DNA from: Xanthobacteraceae bacterium
GTDB taxonomy: Bacteria; Pseudomonadota; Alphaproteobacteria; Rhizobiales; Xanthobacteraceae
DNA: 64,000 nucleotides
Direction of reading: 5' to 3'
Assembly (NCBI GenBank): GCA_035319735.1
Contig: DATHCD010000075.1
Coordinates: 17,154-81,153, forward strand
Shown: piece by piece, positions 17,379-26,887 of the stretch
How positions within the stretch are numbered: the stretch's first letter is position 1
Layout of the letters: every line of letters starts with the position of its first letter
Notes under the pieces: model-generated
Told to the model about the DNA's origin: nothing
Database searches by the model: none
Seen by the model: only the letters and a program-made list of their open reading frames with translations
Program-made: the position numbers and the translations under genes

Positions 17379-18617
17379 TCACGACGCGCGCAAGATGCCA
17401 TGGGCGGCGCGCTCTAGGCCTTCGCGGAATTTCGGATCGGCGATGGCGATCATGGCGTCGGCGCGTTCGCGCAGCGTCTTGCCGCGCAGCTCCGCGATGC
17501 CCCAATCGGTCACGACAGCGTCCGCGTCGCAGCGCGAGTTGGTGGTCGGCCCCGAGAGGGCGGCGACGATGCGGCTCGTCTCGCCGCCCATCGCGGTCGA
17601 CGGCAACGCGATCATGGAACGGCCGCCGGTCGCCGCGAACGCGCCGTGGACGAAGTCGGGCTGGCCCCCGACCGCGCCGACATAGCGGCCCTTTACTTCT
17701 TCGGCATTGACCTGGCCGCTGAGATCGACCTCGATCGCCGAATTGATCGCGCGGAAATTAACCAGACGCGCCAAGGTCGATCCGCCGTGCGAATGCGATG
17801 TCGGCACGACCCGGATGGCGGCATTGCGATCGGCAAAGCGGTTCAGCCGGCGCGTGCCGAACAAGGCGCCGGCGACCGTGATGCCGCGGTCGAAACTCTT
17901 GTGCGCGTTGGTCACCACACCGGCCTCGATGAGATCGACGACGCGGTCGCTGATCATGCCGGAATGGAAGCCGAGATCGCGATGGCCGCCGAGCGCCGCG
18001 AGAATCGCATCCGGGATCGCGCCGATCCCGATCTGGATGGTGGCGCGATCGGGAATCAGCGAGGCGACGAGCGCGCCGATGCGCCGTTCGGCCTCGCCGA
18101 TCGGCGCGGCCTGCAACTCGACCGGCATTTCATCGCATTCGACGACGTGATCGATGCGCAGATCCGGCGATACCTCGGAGCCATGAGTCCACGGCATCTG
18201 CGCGTTGATTTCCGCGATGACCATGCGGGCATGGCGTGCGGCAGCGGCGACATAGTCGTTGACCGGGCCGAACGAGAGGCCGGAGGTTGAGCGGGCAAGA
18301 GAGAGGAGCACGACATCGGGCCGGCGATCTTCGCTGAACAGAGCCGGCAGCCTGCTATACGGCACCGGCAGGATGTCGAGCCGGCCTGCCGCGGCGAGAG
18401 CGGCGGCGCCGCCGATCGCGCCATAGCTGGAAAAGGCGATGCCGTCGGTCGCTTCCGCGGTGAAGCTGTCCGAGAAGACGGCGCCGAGGAAAAGCCGCAG
18501 CCCGGGAATTTCGTGCCGCCGGCGCAGCAGCGCTCGCGTGAGAGCGCGCGGCTCGGCCGTCCCCTGCCCGACCAAAACCAGCGAGCCCGGCCCGATGAGG
18601 GAGAGTGGGTCGTCCAC
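17379..18617 (-). CDS. Acetyl-CoA hydrolase/transferase family protein
   Basis: A 412-aa ORF with a GTG start. GIGAIPDAILAAL, INSAIEVDLSGQVNAE and GGQPDFVHGA are characteristic of the 4-hydroxybutyrate/acetyl-CoA transferase family. Confidence 0.85.
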   Translation of the reverse strand: MDDPLSLIGPGSLVLVGQGTAEPRALTRALLRRRHEIPGLRLFLGAVFSDSFTAEATDGIAFSSYGAIGGAAALAAAGRLDILPVPYSRLPALFSEDRRPDVVLLSLARSTSGLSFGPVNDYVAAAARHARMVIAEINAQMPWTHGSEVSPDLRIDHVVECDEMPVELQAAPIGEAERRIGALVASLIPDRATIQIGIGAIPDAILAALGGHRDLGFHSGMISDRVVDLIEAGVVTNAHKSFDRGITVAGALFGTRRLNRFADRNAAIRVVPTSHSHGGSTLARLVNFRAINSAIEVDLSGQVNAEEVKGRYVGAVGGQPDFVHGAFAATGGRSMIALPSTAMGGETSRIVAALSGPTTNSRCDADAVVTDWGIAELRGKTLRERADAMIAIADPKFREGLERAAHGILRAS

Positions 18618-18633
18618 GACCGTGCTTCATCTG

Positions 18634-18698
18634 TTGAAATACATTTTCAAATCGGAGTATTTTCGACATCACCGTTTGGGTCAAGCGACCTTGGTCGC
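18634..18698. promoter_or_regulatory. Two palindromes in the CoA-transferase / IclR divergent promoter region
   Basis: TTGAAA-TACAT-TTTCAA at 18634..18650 and GCGACC-TT-GGTCGC at 18685..18698, both read directly. They lie between divergent starts 18617 and 18751. Candidate IclR operator(s). Confidence 0.35.
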
Positions 18699-18750
18699 AA
18701 AGTGGTCGCGCGTCAGCCGCGGGCCTCGAGGCGCATATTCGAGGGGTGGT

Positions 18751-19548
18751 ATGCCGTCTTTCAGACCGGTTGTTGCGCTCGCCCGCGGCATCGAGATTCT
18801 CCGCATCGTCAACGAGGAGCGGCTGTCGACGGTCGGTTCGCTGCACAAGGCGACCGGCCTCGACAAGGCGACGATCGTGCGCATGCTGGAAACGCTCGAG
18901 CACGAAGGCTATGTCCTGCGCGATGCGGAGCGCGCCACCTACGCTCCCACCGGCCGCTCTTTGCTCTTGAGTCAAGGGTACGACCAGCATCTCTGGATCG
19001 GCAGCGTGGCCGAGCCGATCATGCGGGCGTTCCGCAAGGAGATCGGCTGGCCCTCCGATATCGCGCTGTTCGATCGCGACGCCATGATCGTCGCGCAGAC
19101 GACGCGCGTACCCGGCTCAATGCTGATCAGCAGGCGGCCTGGCTTTCGCTTTCCCGTGCTCGCCACATCGATGGGCCGCGCCTATCTGGCATTCTGCGAC
19201 GCAAAGGAACGCGACGCGATCGTCGCCAGGCTCGCGGAGATTCCCGAGCATTGGAACGATCTCGCGCGCCAACCACGGCGCTTGCGCAAGATGATCGCGG
19301 AGACGCGCGCGCGCGGCTATGCGCTCATGGACGACCGCTACAGTCGCGACGTGTTCGAGGGCAAGGCATGGGCCCTCGGCGTGCCGATCCGCGGCGACAA
19401 CAAGGTGTTCGCCAGTATCAACGTCGTGCTGCTGTCGAGCGCGGTCGATTTCAAGAACGGCGTGCGGCAATTCCTCGGGCCGCTGCAGCGCACGGCGGCC
19501 GAGATCGCCGCCGCCCTGACCGCGAGAGCGGCGCCGTCCTTGCGCTGA
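18751..19548 (+). CDS. IclR-family transcriptional regulator
   Basis: Internal ATG 18751 of ORF 18439..19548. LARGIEILRIV...VGSLHKATGLDKATIVRMLETLEHEGYV wHTH domain plus an IclR effector domain. Confidence 0.9.
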   Translation: MPSFRPVVALARGIEILRIVNEERLSTVGSLHKATGLDKATIVRMLETLEHEGYVLRDAERATYAPTGRSLLLSQGYDQHLWIGSVAEPIMRAFRKEIGWPSDIALFDRDAMIVAQTTRVPGSMLISRRPGFRFPVLATSMGRAYLAFCDAKERDAIVARLAEIPEHWNDLARQPRRLRKMIAETRARGYALMDDRYSRDVFEGKAWALGVPIRGDNKVFASINVVLLSSAVDFKNGVRQFLGPLQRTAAEIAAALTARAAPSLR

Positions 19549-19553
19549 GTCGG

Positions 19554-20549
19554 TCAGGCCCGTTCCGGCGATCGCCGGACCGCCTTGCGGTCGAACCACG
19601 AGCCGAACAATGGCAGCAAGCCGCGGGGCGACAGCATGATGGTTGCGATCACGATGAGGCCATAGACGAAGGCGTGCAGGCCCGGCAGCACGCCGCCGAG
19701 CTTGCCGCGCAAGATTTCTCCGAGCGGCAGCAGCACGATGGCGCCGAGCGCCGGCCCGAAGGCGCTACCAAGACCGCCGACCGTCGCGAACAGCACGATC
19801 TCGATGGTGATGAGCGGCGACACGAGCTGATAGGGATCGACGAAGGCAAGATAGCGCGCATAGACGGTGCCCACGATCGACGTCAGCATGGCGGAGATCA
19901 CCATGGCGAGCATCTTGGTGCGCAGGAGCCCGACCCCGATCGCCTGCGCGGCGTCCTCGTTGTCGCGAATGCAGCGCAGCGAATAGCCGAGCGGCGCGTT
20001 GAGAATCGCGAGGTTGGCGAGCACGCAAAGCGCCGCCACCGTCAGCGCCGCCCAATACGATCCGTTGCCGCCGCCGAACTGGAAGGCAAGGAAGTCGCCA
20101 GTGTCGCGCGGCAGCAGCAGTCCCGACGCCCCGCCAACGAAATCCCAGCCGATGGCGACGATTTCCGCCATTTCGGCGAAGGCCAGCGTGATCAAGGCGA
20201 AGGACAGATGACCAAGACGGAAGCGAAAATCGATCCAGGCGATCACGGCGCCGAGCGCCGCGGACAGCACCGCCGCAATCAGCATGCCGGCCCACATGTT
20301 GATGCCGAGCTTCAGCAGCAGCGCGCTCGCCAGCAACGATCCGGCGCCGACGAACAGGCTGTGGCCGAGCGAGATTTGCCCGCCGATGCCGCCAACGATG
20401 TTCCAGGCCGAGCAGAGCGCCACATAGATGAGGGCGAGCGTGGCGACATGCAAGTAGTAGCTCGACATTTCGAACGGCCCGAGGGCGGCGACCGCAAAGA
20501 CCAGCCAAAGCAGCGGCGACCGTAGGGTTGCAAAGAATTCCGCGCGCAT
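19554..20549 (-). CDS. Branched-chain-type ABC permease (LivM-like), system 2
   Basis: A 331-aa membrane protein. GGQISLGHSLFVGAGS and LRCIRDNEDAAQAIGV motifs. The start overlaps the LivH-like stop (TAATG). Confidence 0.9.
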   Translation of the reverse strand: MRAEFFATLRSPLLWLVFAVAALGPFEMSSYYLHVATLALIYVALCSAWNIVGGIGGQISLGHSLFVGAGSLLASALLLKLGINMWAGMLIAAVLSAALGAVIAWIDFRFRLGHLSFALITLAFAEMAEIVAIGWDFVGGASGLLLPRDTGDFLAFQFGGGNGSYWAALTVAALCVLANLAILNAPLGYSLRCIRDNEDAAQAIGVGLLRTKMLAMVISAMLTSIVGTVYARYLAFVDPYQLVSPLITIEIVLFATVGGLGSAFGPALGAIVLLPLGEILRGKLGGVLPGLHAFVYGLIVIATIMLSPRGLLPLFGSWFDRKAVRRSPERA

Positions 20550-21415
20550 TACGAGGCTCCCCAGGTGAGACCGCGCGGGCGAAACAGCATGATCAGTACG
20601 AAGATCGCGTAGGGCAGCAAGCTGCCCAGCGTCTCGGAGAGATAGACGGTGCCCAGCGCCTCCGAGCAGCCGATGACGAGGCCGCCGAGCATGATGCCGA
20701 CGAAATTGGTCATGCCGCCGAGGACGATGACCAGAAGCGTAATCACGGTATAGCGCAGCCCGTCGCTGGGCTGGATCGAGGCGCCGGGGGCCAGCAGCGC
20801 CGCCGCGACTGCGAGAATGCCGATACCGATCGCGAAGGCGAGCGTCTGCACGCGCCCGACGTCGATGCCCATGAGGGCGGCGGCACGCGCATTCTGATGC
20901 ACGGCACGGATCGAACGCCCGACATCAGTCGAGCGCAGGATGACGAACAGCGCGCCGGCCAGCGCGAAGGAGATGAGACACGCGATGACCTGCGGCCCGC
21001 GCATCACCACGTCGCCGACGACAAAAAGCTTCGCTTCGACGATCGACGGCGTGCGCTGCCCCTGGCCGCCGAACACCATCAGCAACGCGCTTTGGATGAC
21101 AAGCGTGATGCCAAGCGTCAACTGCACGACCATCAGCAGATGATGGCTCGCGATCGGCCTGATCACAAAGCGATAGACCAGCGCACCGACCACCGTCATG
21201 GCCGGCAAGGTGATGATGAGCGACACATAGGGATCGAGCGTCAGCGCCGAATAGAGACCAAGGCACATGTACATGCCGAGCAGGATGAAGTCGCCATGCG
21301 AAAAGTTGACGATGCCGCTGACTCCGTAGACGAGACCCATGCCGAGCGCGATAAGCCCGTATGTGCTTCCGATCAGGATGCCCTCGACCAGGGCTTGCAG
21401 CAATTCATCCATCAA
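20549..21415 (-). CDS. Branched-chain-type ABC permease (LivH-like), system 2
   Basis: NFSHGDFILLGMY and VLGGMTNFVGIMLGG motifs. Confidence 0.9.
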   Translation of the reverse strand: MMDELLQALVEGILIGSTYGLIALGMGLVYGVSGIVNFSHGDFILLGMYMCLGLYSALTLDPYVSLIITLPAMTVVGALVYRFVIRPIASHHLLMVVQLTLGITLVIQSALLMVFGGQGQRTPSIVEAKLFVVGDVVMRGPQVIACLISFALAGALFVILRSTDVGRSIRAVHQNARAAALMGIDVGRVQTLAFAIGIGILAVAAALLAPGASIQPSDGLRYTVITLLVIVLGGMTNFVGIMLGGLVIGCSEALGTVYLSETLGSLLPYAIFVLIMLFRPRGLTWGAS

Positions 21416-21427
21416 GCGGGCTCCGGA

Positions 21428-22124
<697 letters not shown>

Positions 22125-22132
<8 letters not shown>

Positions 22133-22844
22133 CGAGTTGATCGCCAAAATAGGCGTCGATCACGCTGCGGTTCTCGACGATCTCCTGAGGCGCCCCCTCC
22201 GCGATCTTGCTGCCGAAATCGATCACGACGATGCGTCGGGCGGTGCGCATGACCACCGGCATCACGTGTTCGACCATCACGATGGCGACCCCTTGTTGAT
22301 TGAGCTCACGGATGACGCCGAGCGGCACCTCGGTTTCGGCCAGCGTCAAGCCGGCCATGACCTCGTCAAGCAGGATGAGGCGCGGTTCGGTGGCGACGCA
22401 TTTGGCAAGCTCCAAGAGTTTCTTGTCCTGGAGCGACAAGGCCGCCGGCGTCAGATGTTCCTTGCCGGAGAGACCGACGCGCGCGAGCACCTCCGCGGCG
22501 TAGGCGACCGCCGCGCGCATCGGGCGACGGACGAGCGCCGCCGTGGTGACGACATCGAGCGCGGTCATGTCGGCGAAGGTCTGGACGATTTGAAAGCTGC
22601 GGACGAGACCGCGCTTCACTAGCTGATGCGGCGAGAAGCCGTCGGCGCGGGCGCCGTCGAAGATGACCTCACCTTCGCTTGGCGCGAGGAAGCCAGAGAT
22701 CAGGCCAAACAGCGTGGTCTTGCCCGCGCCATTCGGCCCGATGACGCCGAGGATCTCTCCCGCTTCCACGGCAAAGCTGACGGCTTTGACGGCGATCAGG
22801 CCGCCGAAGCGCTTGGTCACGCCATTGACTTCGAGCAGCGCCAT
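22125..22844 (-). CDS. ABC transporter ATP-binding protein (LivG-like), system 2
   Basis: Internal ATG 22844 of ORF 22125..23096 (MALLEVNGVTKRFGG). GPNGAGKTTLF, LSLQDKKLLELAK, LLDEVMAGL. Confidence 0.9.
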
Positions 22845-22863
22845 CGCCGTCGCGACCGGACCG

Positions 22864-24141
22864 TTACGCCCGCGGTCGCGGCGCCGTCTGGGCGAAGGCG
22901 TCCGGGTAGACGACTTCCTGCGTTTGCTCCGCCGTCCACTGAATGAACATGGCCGAACCGTCGGTAAGAAGCCGGTCCTCAGCGAAGCGCAAGCCATGCG
23001 GCTTGGCCAGATAGAGGTCGGGGTCGCCGAACGGAAAATCCACCGTCGTGAATGCCTTGAGCAGCGCATCCGGCTCGGTCGAGCCCGCGGTTTCAAGGAC
23101 GCGCTGAATGATGCGCGCCGATTGTGCCGAGTGGATCGCCGCTTGACCGATCTGGCTGAGCTTCGCCTGGTCCCGCAGCTCGACGATGATCTTCTGCATC
23201 GAGTCGATCTTCGCCCCGGGGCTGAAGCCGGTCATGCCGAACAGGTTCTTGGTCAGCACCGCGCGACCGATTTCGAGGCCGAGGTCGCGCCACAGCGACA
23301 GATCGGAATAGCCGCCGGTGCCGCCGGCAAAGATGCTGCCGTGGTAGCCGAGATTGTAGCGCGCCTGATGCAGCAGCAGGCCGTCGCGCGGCGTGACCAG
23401 GCCGATGACGAGATCGGGTTTCTGCGCGCGAATGCGGATCATTGCCGCGGTCTGGTCCTGCGCCTTGGTGTCGAGCGGCGCCTCGCCGACGATCTCAAAC
23501 CCGCTCTGCTTCAGTTTCTCGGTCAAGAATTTGTTGGTCTGCTGCCCGGCCTCGTAGTTCGAATACCCCGGCATCACCGTCTTCAGCGCGAAGCCTTGCT
23601 TGTCGCGCAGCCAAACGGCGAAATCGTGCATCGATTGCGCGTAGCCGCGGTCATAGGGATAGCCGAGCGAAAAGAGGTAGGGAGATTTCGAGCCGCCCGC
23701 CCATACCGAGAGTGTCGGCACCTTGAACTCGTCAAGAACGGGGGTGAGGGCGAGCATCTGCGCGCTGAGCATGCTGCCGGTGAGGACAGCGACCTTTTCC
23801 TCGGTAATCAGCCGCCGCGCCTCGACCGCGGTGCGTGCCGGCTGGCTGGTGTCGTCGGCCAGCACCAACTCCAATTTGGCGCCGCCCAGGCTCTTGATGC
23901 CGCCGGTCGCGTTGATCTTGTCGACAATGTAGACGAAGGCCGGATGACCTTCCTGCGCATAGGCCGAATAGCTGCCGCTCATCGAGTTGACGACGCCGAT
24001 GCGGACCGCCCGGCCTTGCCCCGCGCCGCGTCGGACGAACGGCGCGGCGAAGCTGCCCAGCGCAAAGGACGCCGCGGCGGCGGCAAACCTTCGCCGCGAC
24101 AGCACCAACCTGGTCCGGCGGATCTGCACGCCCCGTACCAT
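22864..24141 (-). CDS. ABC transporter substrate-binding protein, LIV/HAAT type, system 2
   Basis: Internal ATG 24141 of ORF 22864..24201. Leader MVRGVQIRRTRLVLSRRRFAAAAASFALGSFAAPF (RR-containing). VRIGVVNSMSGSYSAYA start. Confidence 0.9.
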   Translation of the reverse strand: MVRGVQIRRTRLVLSRRRFAAAAASFALGSFAAPFVRRGAGQGRAVRIGVVNSMSGSYSAYAQEGHPAFVYIVDKINATGGIKSLGGAKLELVLADDTSQPARTAVEARRLITEEKVAVLTGSMLSAQMLALTPVLDEFKVPTLSVWAGGSKSPYLFSLGYPYDRGYAQSMHDFAVWLRDKQGFALKTVMPGYSNYEAGQQTNKFLTEKLKQSGFEIVGEAPLDTKAQDQTAAMIRIRAQKPDLVIGLVTPRDGLLLHQARYNLGYHGSIFAGGTGGYSDLSLWRDLGLEIGRAVLTKNLFGMTGFSPGAKIDSMQKIIVELRDQAKLSQIGQAAIHSAQSARIIQRVLETAGSTEPDALLKAFTTVDFPFGDPDLYLAKPHGLRFAEDRLLTDGSAMFIQWTAEQTQEVVYPDAFAQTAPRPRA

Positions 24142-24373
24142 CGCTTCCCCCAAATCTCTTTGTGGCCTGACAGGAGGCCACGACGGTATCAGCGACCACA
24201 CCGGCTCACAAGCGCCACTCGTTCAAGGAATTTCGTTTGCGATCATCGCAACGACGCCAACGCGCGCGGCGATGACGCGAGCTGTTGAGCACGAGGATGT
24301 CGCGGTCGAGCGTGCGGGGCAGGCAACGGTACCGTCTCGCGGTCTTTCACGCGCGCCGATCGGCTGATCAGCT

Positions 24374-24392
24374 TATTTCTTAAAATGAAATA
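24374..24392. promoter_or_regulatory. Palindrome TATTTC-N7-GAAATA upstream of the SDR/thiolase operon
   Basis: Read directly. Same ATTTC-N7-GAAAT architecture as the site at 29766..29782. Confidence 0.4.
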
Positions 24393-24407
24393 GCGTTTCA
24401 CGATTGG

Positions 24408-24436
24408 TTGACAGCACTGTGCGTCGATGCCAATGT
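24408..24436 (+). promoter_or_regulatory. Candidate sigma-70-type promoter (TTGACA-17 nt-CAATGT)
   Basis: -35 TTGACA at 24408..24413, 17-nt spacer, -10-like CAATGT at 24431..24436, about 50 nt upstream of ATG 24487. The -10 is weak. Pattern match only. Confidence 0.3.
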
Positions 24437-24486
24437 CGCGCGACCCGCGCGCGGCGTGGAATTGCACGGCAAGGAGGGGATGGGGG

Positions 24487-25407
24487 ATGACCGACGGCGC
24501 AGCGTTGGACGGCAAGGCGGTGATCGTAACCGGCGCCGGGCGCGGCATCGGTCGCGAGATCGCTCTCCTCGCCGCCGCCGAGGGCGCCAAGGTCGTCGTC
24601 AACGATCTCGGCGGCGCCGCCGACGGCACCGGCGAGAGTGCAGGCCCCGCCGAGGAGGTCGCGGCGCTGATTCGGCAGCGCGGCGGCACGGCGGTGCCGA
24701 ACTTCGACAGCGTGGCCGAACCGGCCGCCGCCGCGAACATCGTCAAGACGGCGCTCGATCATTTCGGCAGGCTTGACGGCGTCGTCAACAATGCCGGCAT
24801 TTTGCGCGACGCCATCTTCCACAAGATGAGCGTGGCCGATTTCGAGTTGGTGATCAAAGTCCATCTGCTCGGCTCATTCTATGTGTCGCACGCCGCGGCG
24901 CGGCTTTTCCGCGACCAGAACAGCGGCGCCTTCGTCCATTTCACCTCGACCTCCGGCCTGGTGGGTAATTTCGGTCAGGCCAATTATGCCGCCGCCAAGC
25001 TCGGTATCGTCGGCCTGTCGAAGTCGATCGCGCTCGACATGGCGCGCTTCAACGTGCGCTCGAATTGCGTATCGCCCTTTGCCTGGAGCCGCCTTATCGG
25101 TACGATCCCGACCGACACCGAGGAGGAGAAAGCGCGGGTCGCGCGCATCCAGGCCATGGGGCCGGAAAAAATCGCGCCGCTCAGCGTTTTTCTGCTTGGC
25201 GACGAGGCGAGGGATGTGACCGGGCAGATCTTTGCCGTGCGCATGAATGAGATTTTCCTCATGAGTCAGTCGCGCCCGGTCCGCTCGGTCCACCGCGCCG
25301 GGGGCTGGACCTGCCGTTCGATCGCCGAGCACGGCATGCCGGCGCTCAAGGCCTCGTTTTATCCACTCGATCGGTCGGCGGATGTTTTTTGCTGGGATGC
25401 GATCTGA
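24487..25407 (+). CDS. SDR-family dehydrogenase resembling the N-terminal (3R)-hydroxyacyl-CoA dehydrogenase domain of multifunctional enzyme type 2
   Basis: Internal ATG 24487 preceded by AAGGAGGGG. VTGAGRGIGR, VVNNAGILRD, ANYAAAKLG (YxxxK). A ~60-aa C-terminal extension as in MFE-2-type SDRs. Confidence 0.8.
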   Translation: MTDGAALDGKAVIVTGAGRGIGREIALLAAAEGAKVVVNDLGGAADGTGESAGPAEEVAALIRQRGGTAVPNFDSVAEPAAAANIVKTALDHFGRLDGVVNNAGILRDAIFHKMSVADFELVIKVHLLGSFYVSHAAARLFRDQNSGAFVHFTSTSGLVGNFGQANYAAAKLGIVGLSKSIALDMARFNVRSNCVSPFAWSRLIGTIPTDTEEEKARVARIQAMGPEKIAPLSVFLLGDEARDVTGQIFAVRMNEIFLMSQSRPVRSVHRAGGWTCRSIAEHGMPALKASFYPLDRSADVFCWDAI

Positions 25408-25437
25408 GGCGGCAGCATCAACGGAGGGGCGGAACGG

Positions 25438-26886
25438 ATGGCATTCGGGGTTCTCGCTTACGGCGCTTATCTCCCGCGGCTCCGCCTGTCCCGGCGCTCG
25501 ATCGCCGAGGCCAATGCCTGGCTCAACCCCGCGCTCAAGGCGCAAGGCAAGGGCGAGCGGGCGATCTGCAACTGGGACGAAGACAGTGTGACGATGGCGG
25601 TCGAGGCCGCGCGCGACGCCCTCCTCACCCGCGACCGCTCCTCGATCAGCGCGCTGCGCTTTGCCTCTACCACCTTTCCGTTCCTCGACTGTCTCAATGC
25701 GAGCCTGGTCGCCAAGGCCTTGCGCCTTTCCGAGGAAATCGCGGCGCTCGACGTCACCGCGACGCAACGCGCCGGCACCTCGGCCCTCGCCGACGCGCTC
25801 GCCAGGGGCGGCGAGACGCTCGTCGTCGCCGCGGAAAAGCGGCCGGCAAAAGCGGCCAGCCCAATCGAAATGTCGGCCGGCGACGGCGCGGCGGCAATCC
25901 TCGTCGGCGAGGGCGAGCCGGTCGCAAGACTCATTGCCAGCGCGACCTGCGCTGCCGATTTCGTCGACCATTATCGCTCGATCGAGTCGGGCTATGACTA
26001 TCAATGGGAGGAGCGCTGGATCCGCGACGCCGGCTATCTTCCTATTGTTCCTCCGGTCATTGCCCGCTGCCTGGAGCAGGCGGCGATGAAACCTACGGAC
26101 GTCACCGCTTTTTGCATGCCGGCGGTCCTGCCGCGGCTCGCTAACGCCATTGCCAAGGCTGCGGGCATTGCCGATGCCGCAGTCAGGGACAACCTCAATT
26201 CAAGCTGCGGCGAGACCGGAGCCGCCCATGCGCTCGTGATGTTCGTCGCGGCCCTGGAAGAGGCCAAACCCGGCGATCGCATTCTCGTCGTCGGCTTCGG
26301 TCAAGGCGCCGACGCCCTGCTGTTCGAGGCGTTGCCGGCCATCGAACGCCGCCCGGACCGGCTCGGCGTCAGCGGCCATCTCGCCCGGCGACGCCCGGAA
26401 GAAAATTACTCAAAGTTCCTCGCCTTCAACGATACGGTCGAGATCGAGCGCGGCATGCGGGCGGAGGCCGACAAGCTGACGCCGCTATCGGCGCTGTGGC
26501 GCAACCGCGATACAGTGATGAGTTTCGTCGGCGGCAAATGCGCAAGGTGCGGCACCTTGCAGTTTCCGAAGAGCCGCATCTGCGTCAACCCAAACTGTAA
26601 TGGCAGGGACACGCAGGAGCCGGAGCCCTTCGCCGAAAAAACCGGACACATCATCTCCTATACCGCCGACCGCCTCACCTATTCGCCCGATCCACCGGCC
26701 TGCTATGGCATGATCCAGTTCGAGGAAGGCGGCCGCTGGATGATGGATTTCACCGATATCGAGGAGGCCGACCTTGCGGTCGGCCGCGCGATGAAGATGA
26801 TGTTCCGCATCAAGGACATCGACACGCAGCGAGGCTTCAGACGTTACTTCTGGAAGGCGGCCCCGGCCGCCGGCGGGGGAGGCTGA
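25438..26886 (+). CDS. Fusion protein: thiolase-fold HMG-CoA-synthase-like domain plus C-terminal DUF35 (Zn-ribbon + OB-fold) domain
   Basis: A 482-aa ORF. The N-terminal ~330 aa have the HMGCS/KAS-III-like layout (GVLAYGAYLP..., DEDSVTMAVEAA, GDRILVVGFGQG). The C-terminus carries the rubredoxin-like CARC...CVNPNC (about 26538..26600) followed by an OB-fold segment (GHIISYT...YGMIQFEEGGRWMMDF), as in DUF35 proteins. Confidence 0.8.
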   Translation: MAFGVLAYGAYLPRLRLSRRSIAEANAWLNPALKAQGKGERAICNWDEDSVTMAVEAARDALLTRDRSSISALRFASTTFPFLDCLNASLVAKALRLSEEIAALDVTATQRAGTSALADALARGGETLVVAAEKRPAKAASPIEMSAGDGAAAILVGEGEPVARLIASATCAADFVDHYRSIESGYDYQWEERWIRDAGYLPIVPPVIARCLEQAAMKPTDVTAFCMPAVLPRLANAIAKAAGIADAAVRDNLNSSCGETGAAHALVMFVAALEEAKPGDRILVVGFGQGADALLFEALPAIERRPDRLGVSGHLARRRPEENYSKFLAFNDTVEIERGMRAEADKLTPLSALWRNRDTVMSFVGGKCARCGTLQFPKSRICVNPNCNGRDTQEPEPFAEKTGHIISYTADRLTYSPDPPACYGMIQFEEGGRWMMDFTDIEEADLAVGRAMKMMFRIKDIDTQRGFRRYFWKAAPAAGGGG

Positions 26887-26887
26887 C

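Noticed and set aside
18513-20525. A 670-aa + strand ORF. Similar long ORFs occur at 20528..21931, 10676..11926, 22663..24288, 32415..34247, 41039..42556, 57483..58850, 59451..60680, 28404..29855, 37800..39128, 24874..26004, 26837..27919, 52129..53406, 51230..52153, 6427..7551 and 3039..4055.
   Set aside because: All lie antisense to, or out of frame with, genes that carry unmistakable family motifs. Their translations are dominated by Arg/Ala/Gly/Pro/Asp runs with no recognisable motifs. This is the usual stop-codon-poor antisense artefact of high-GC DNA.
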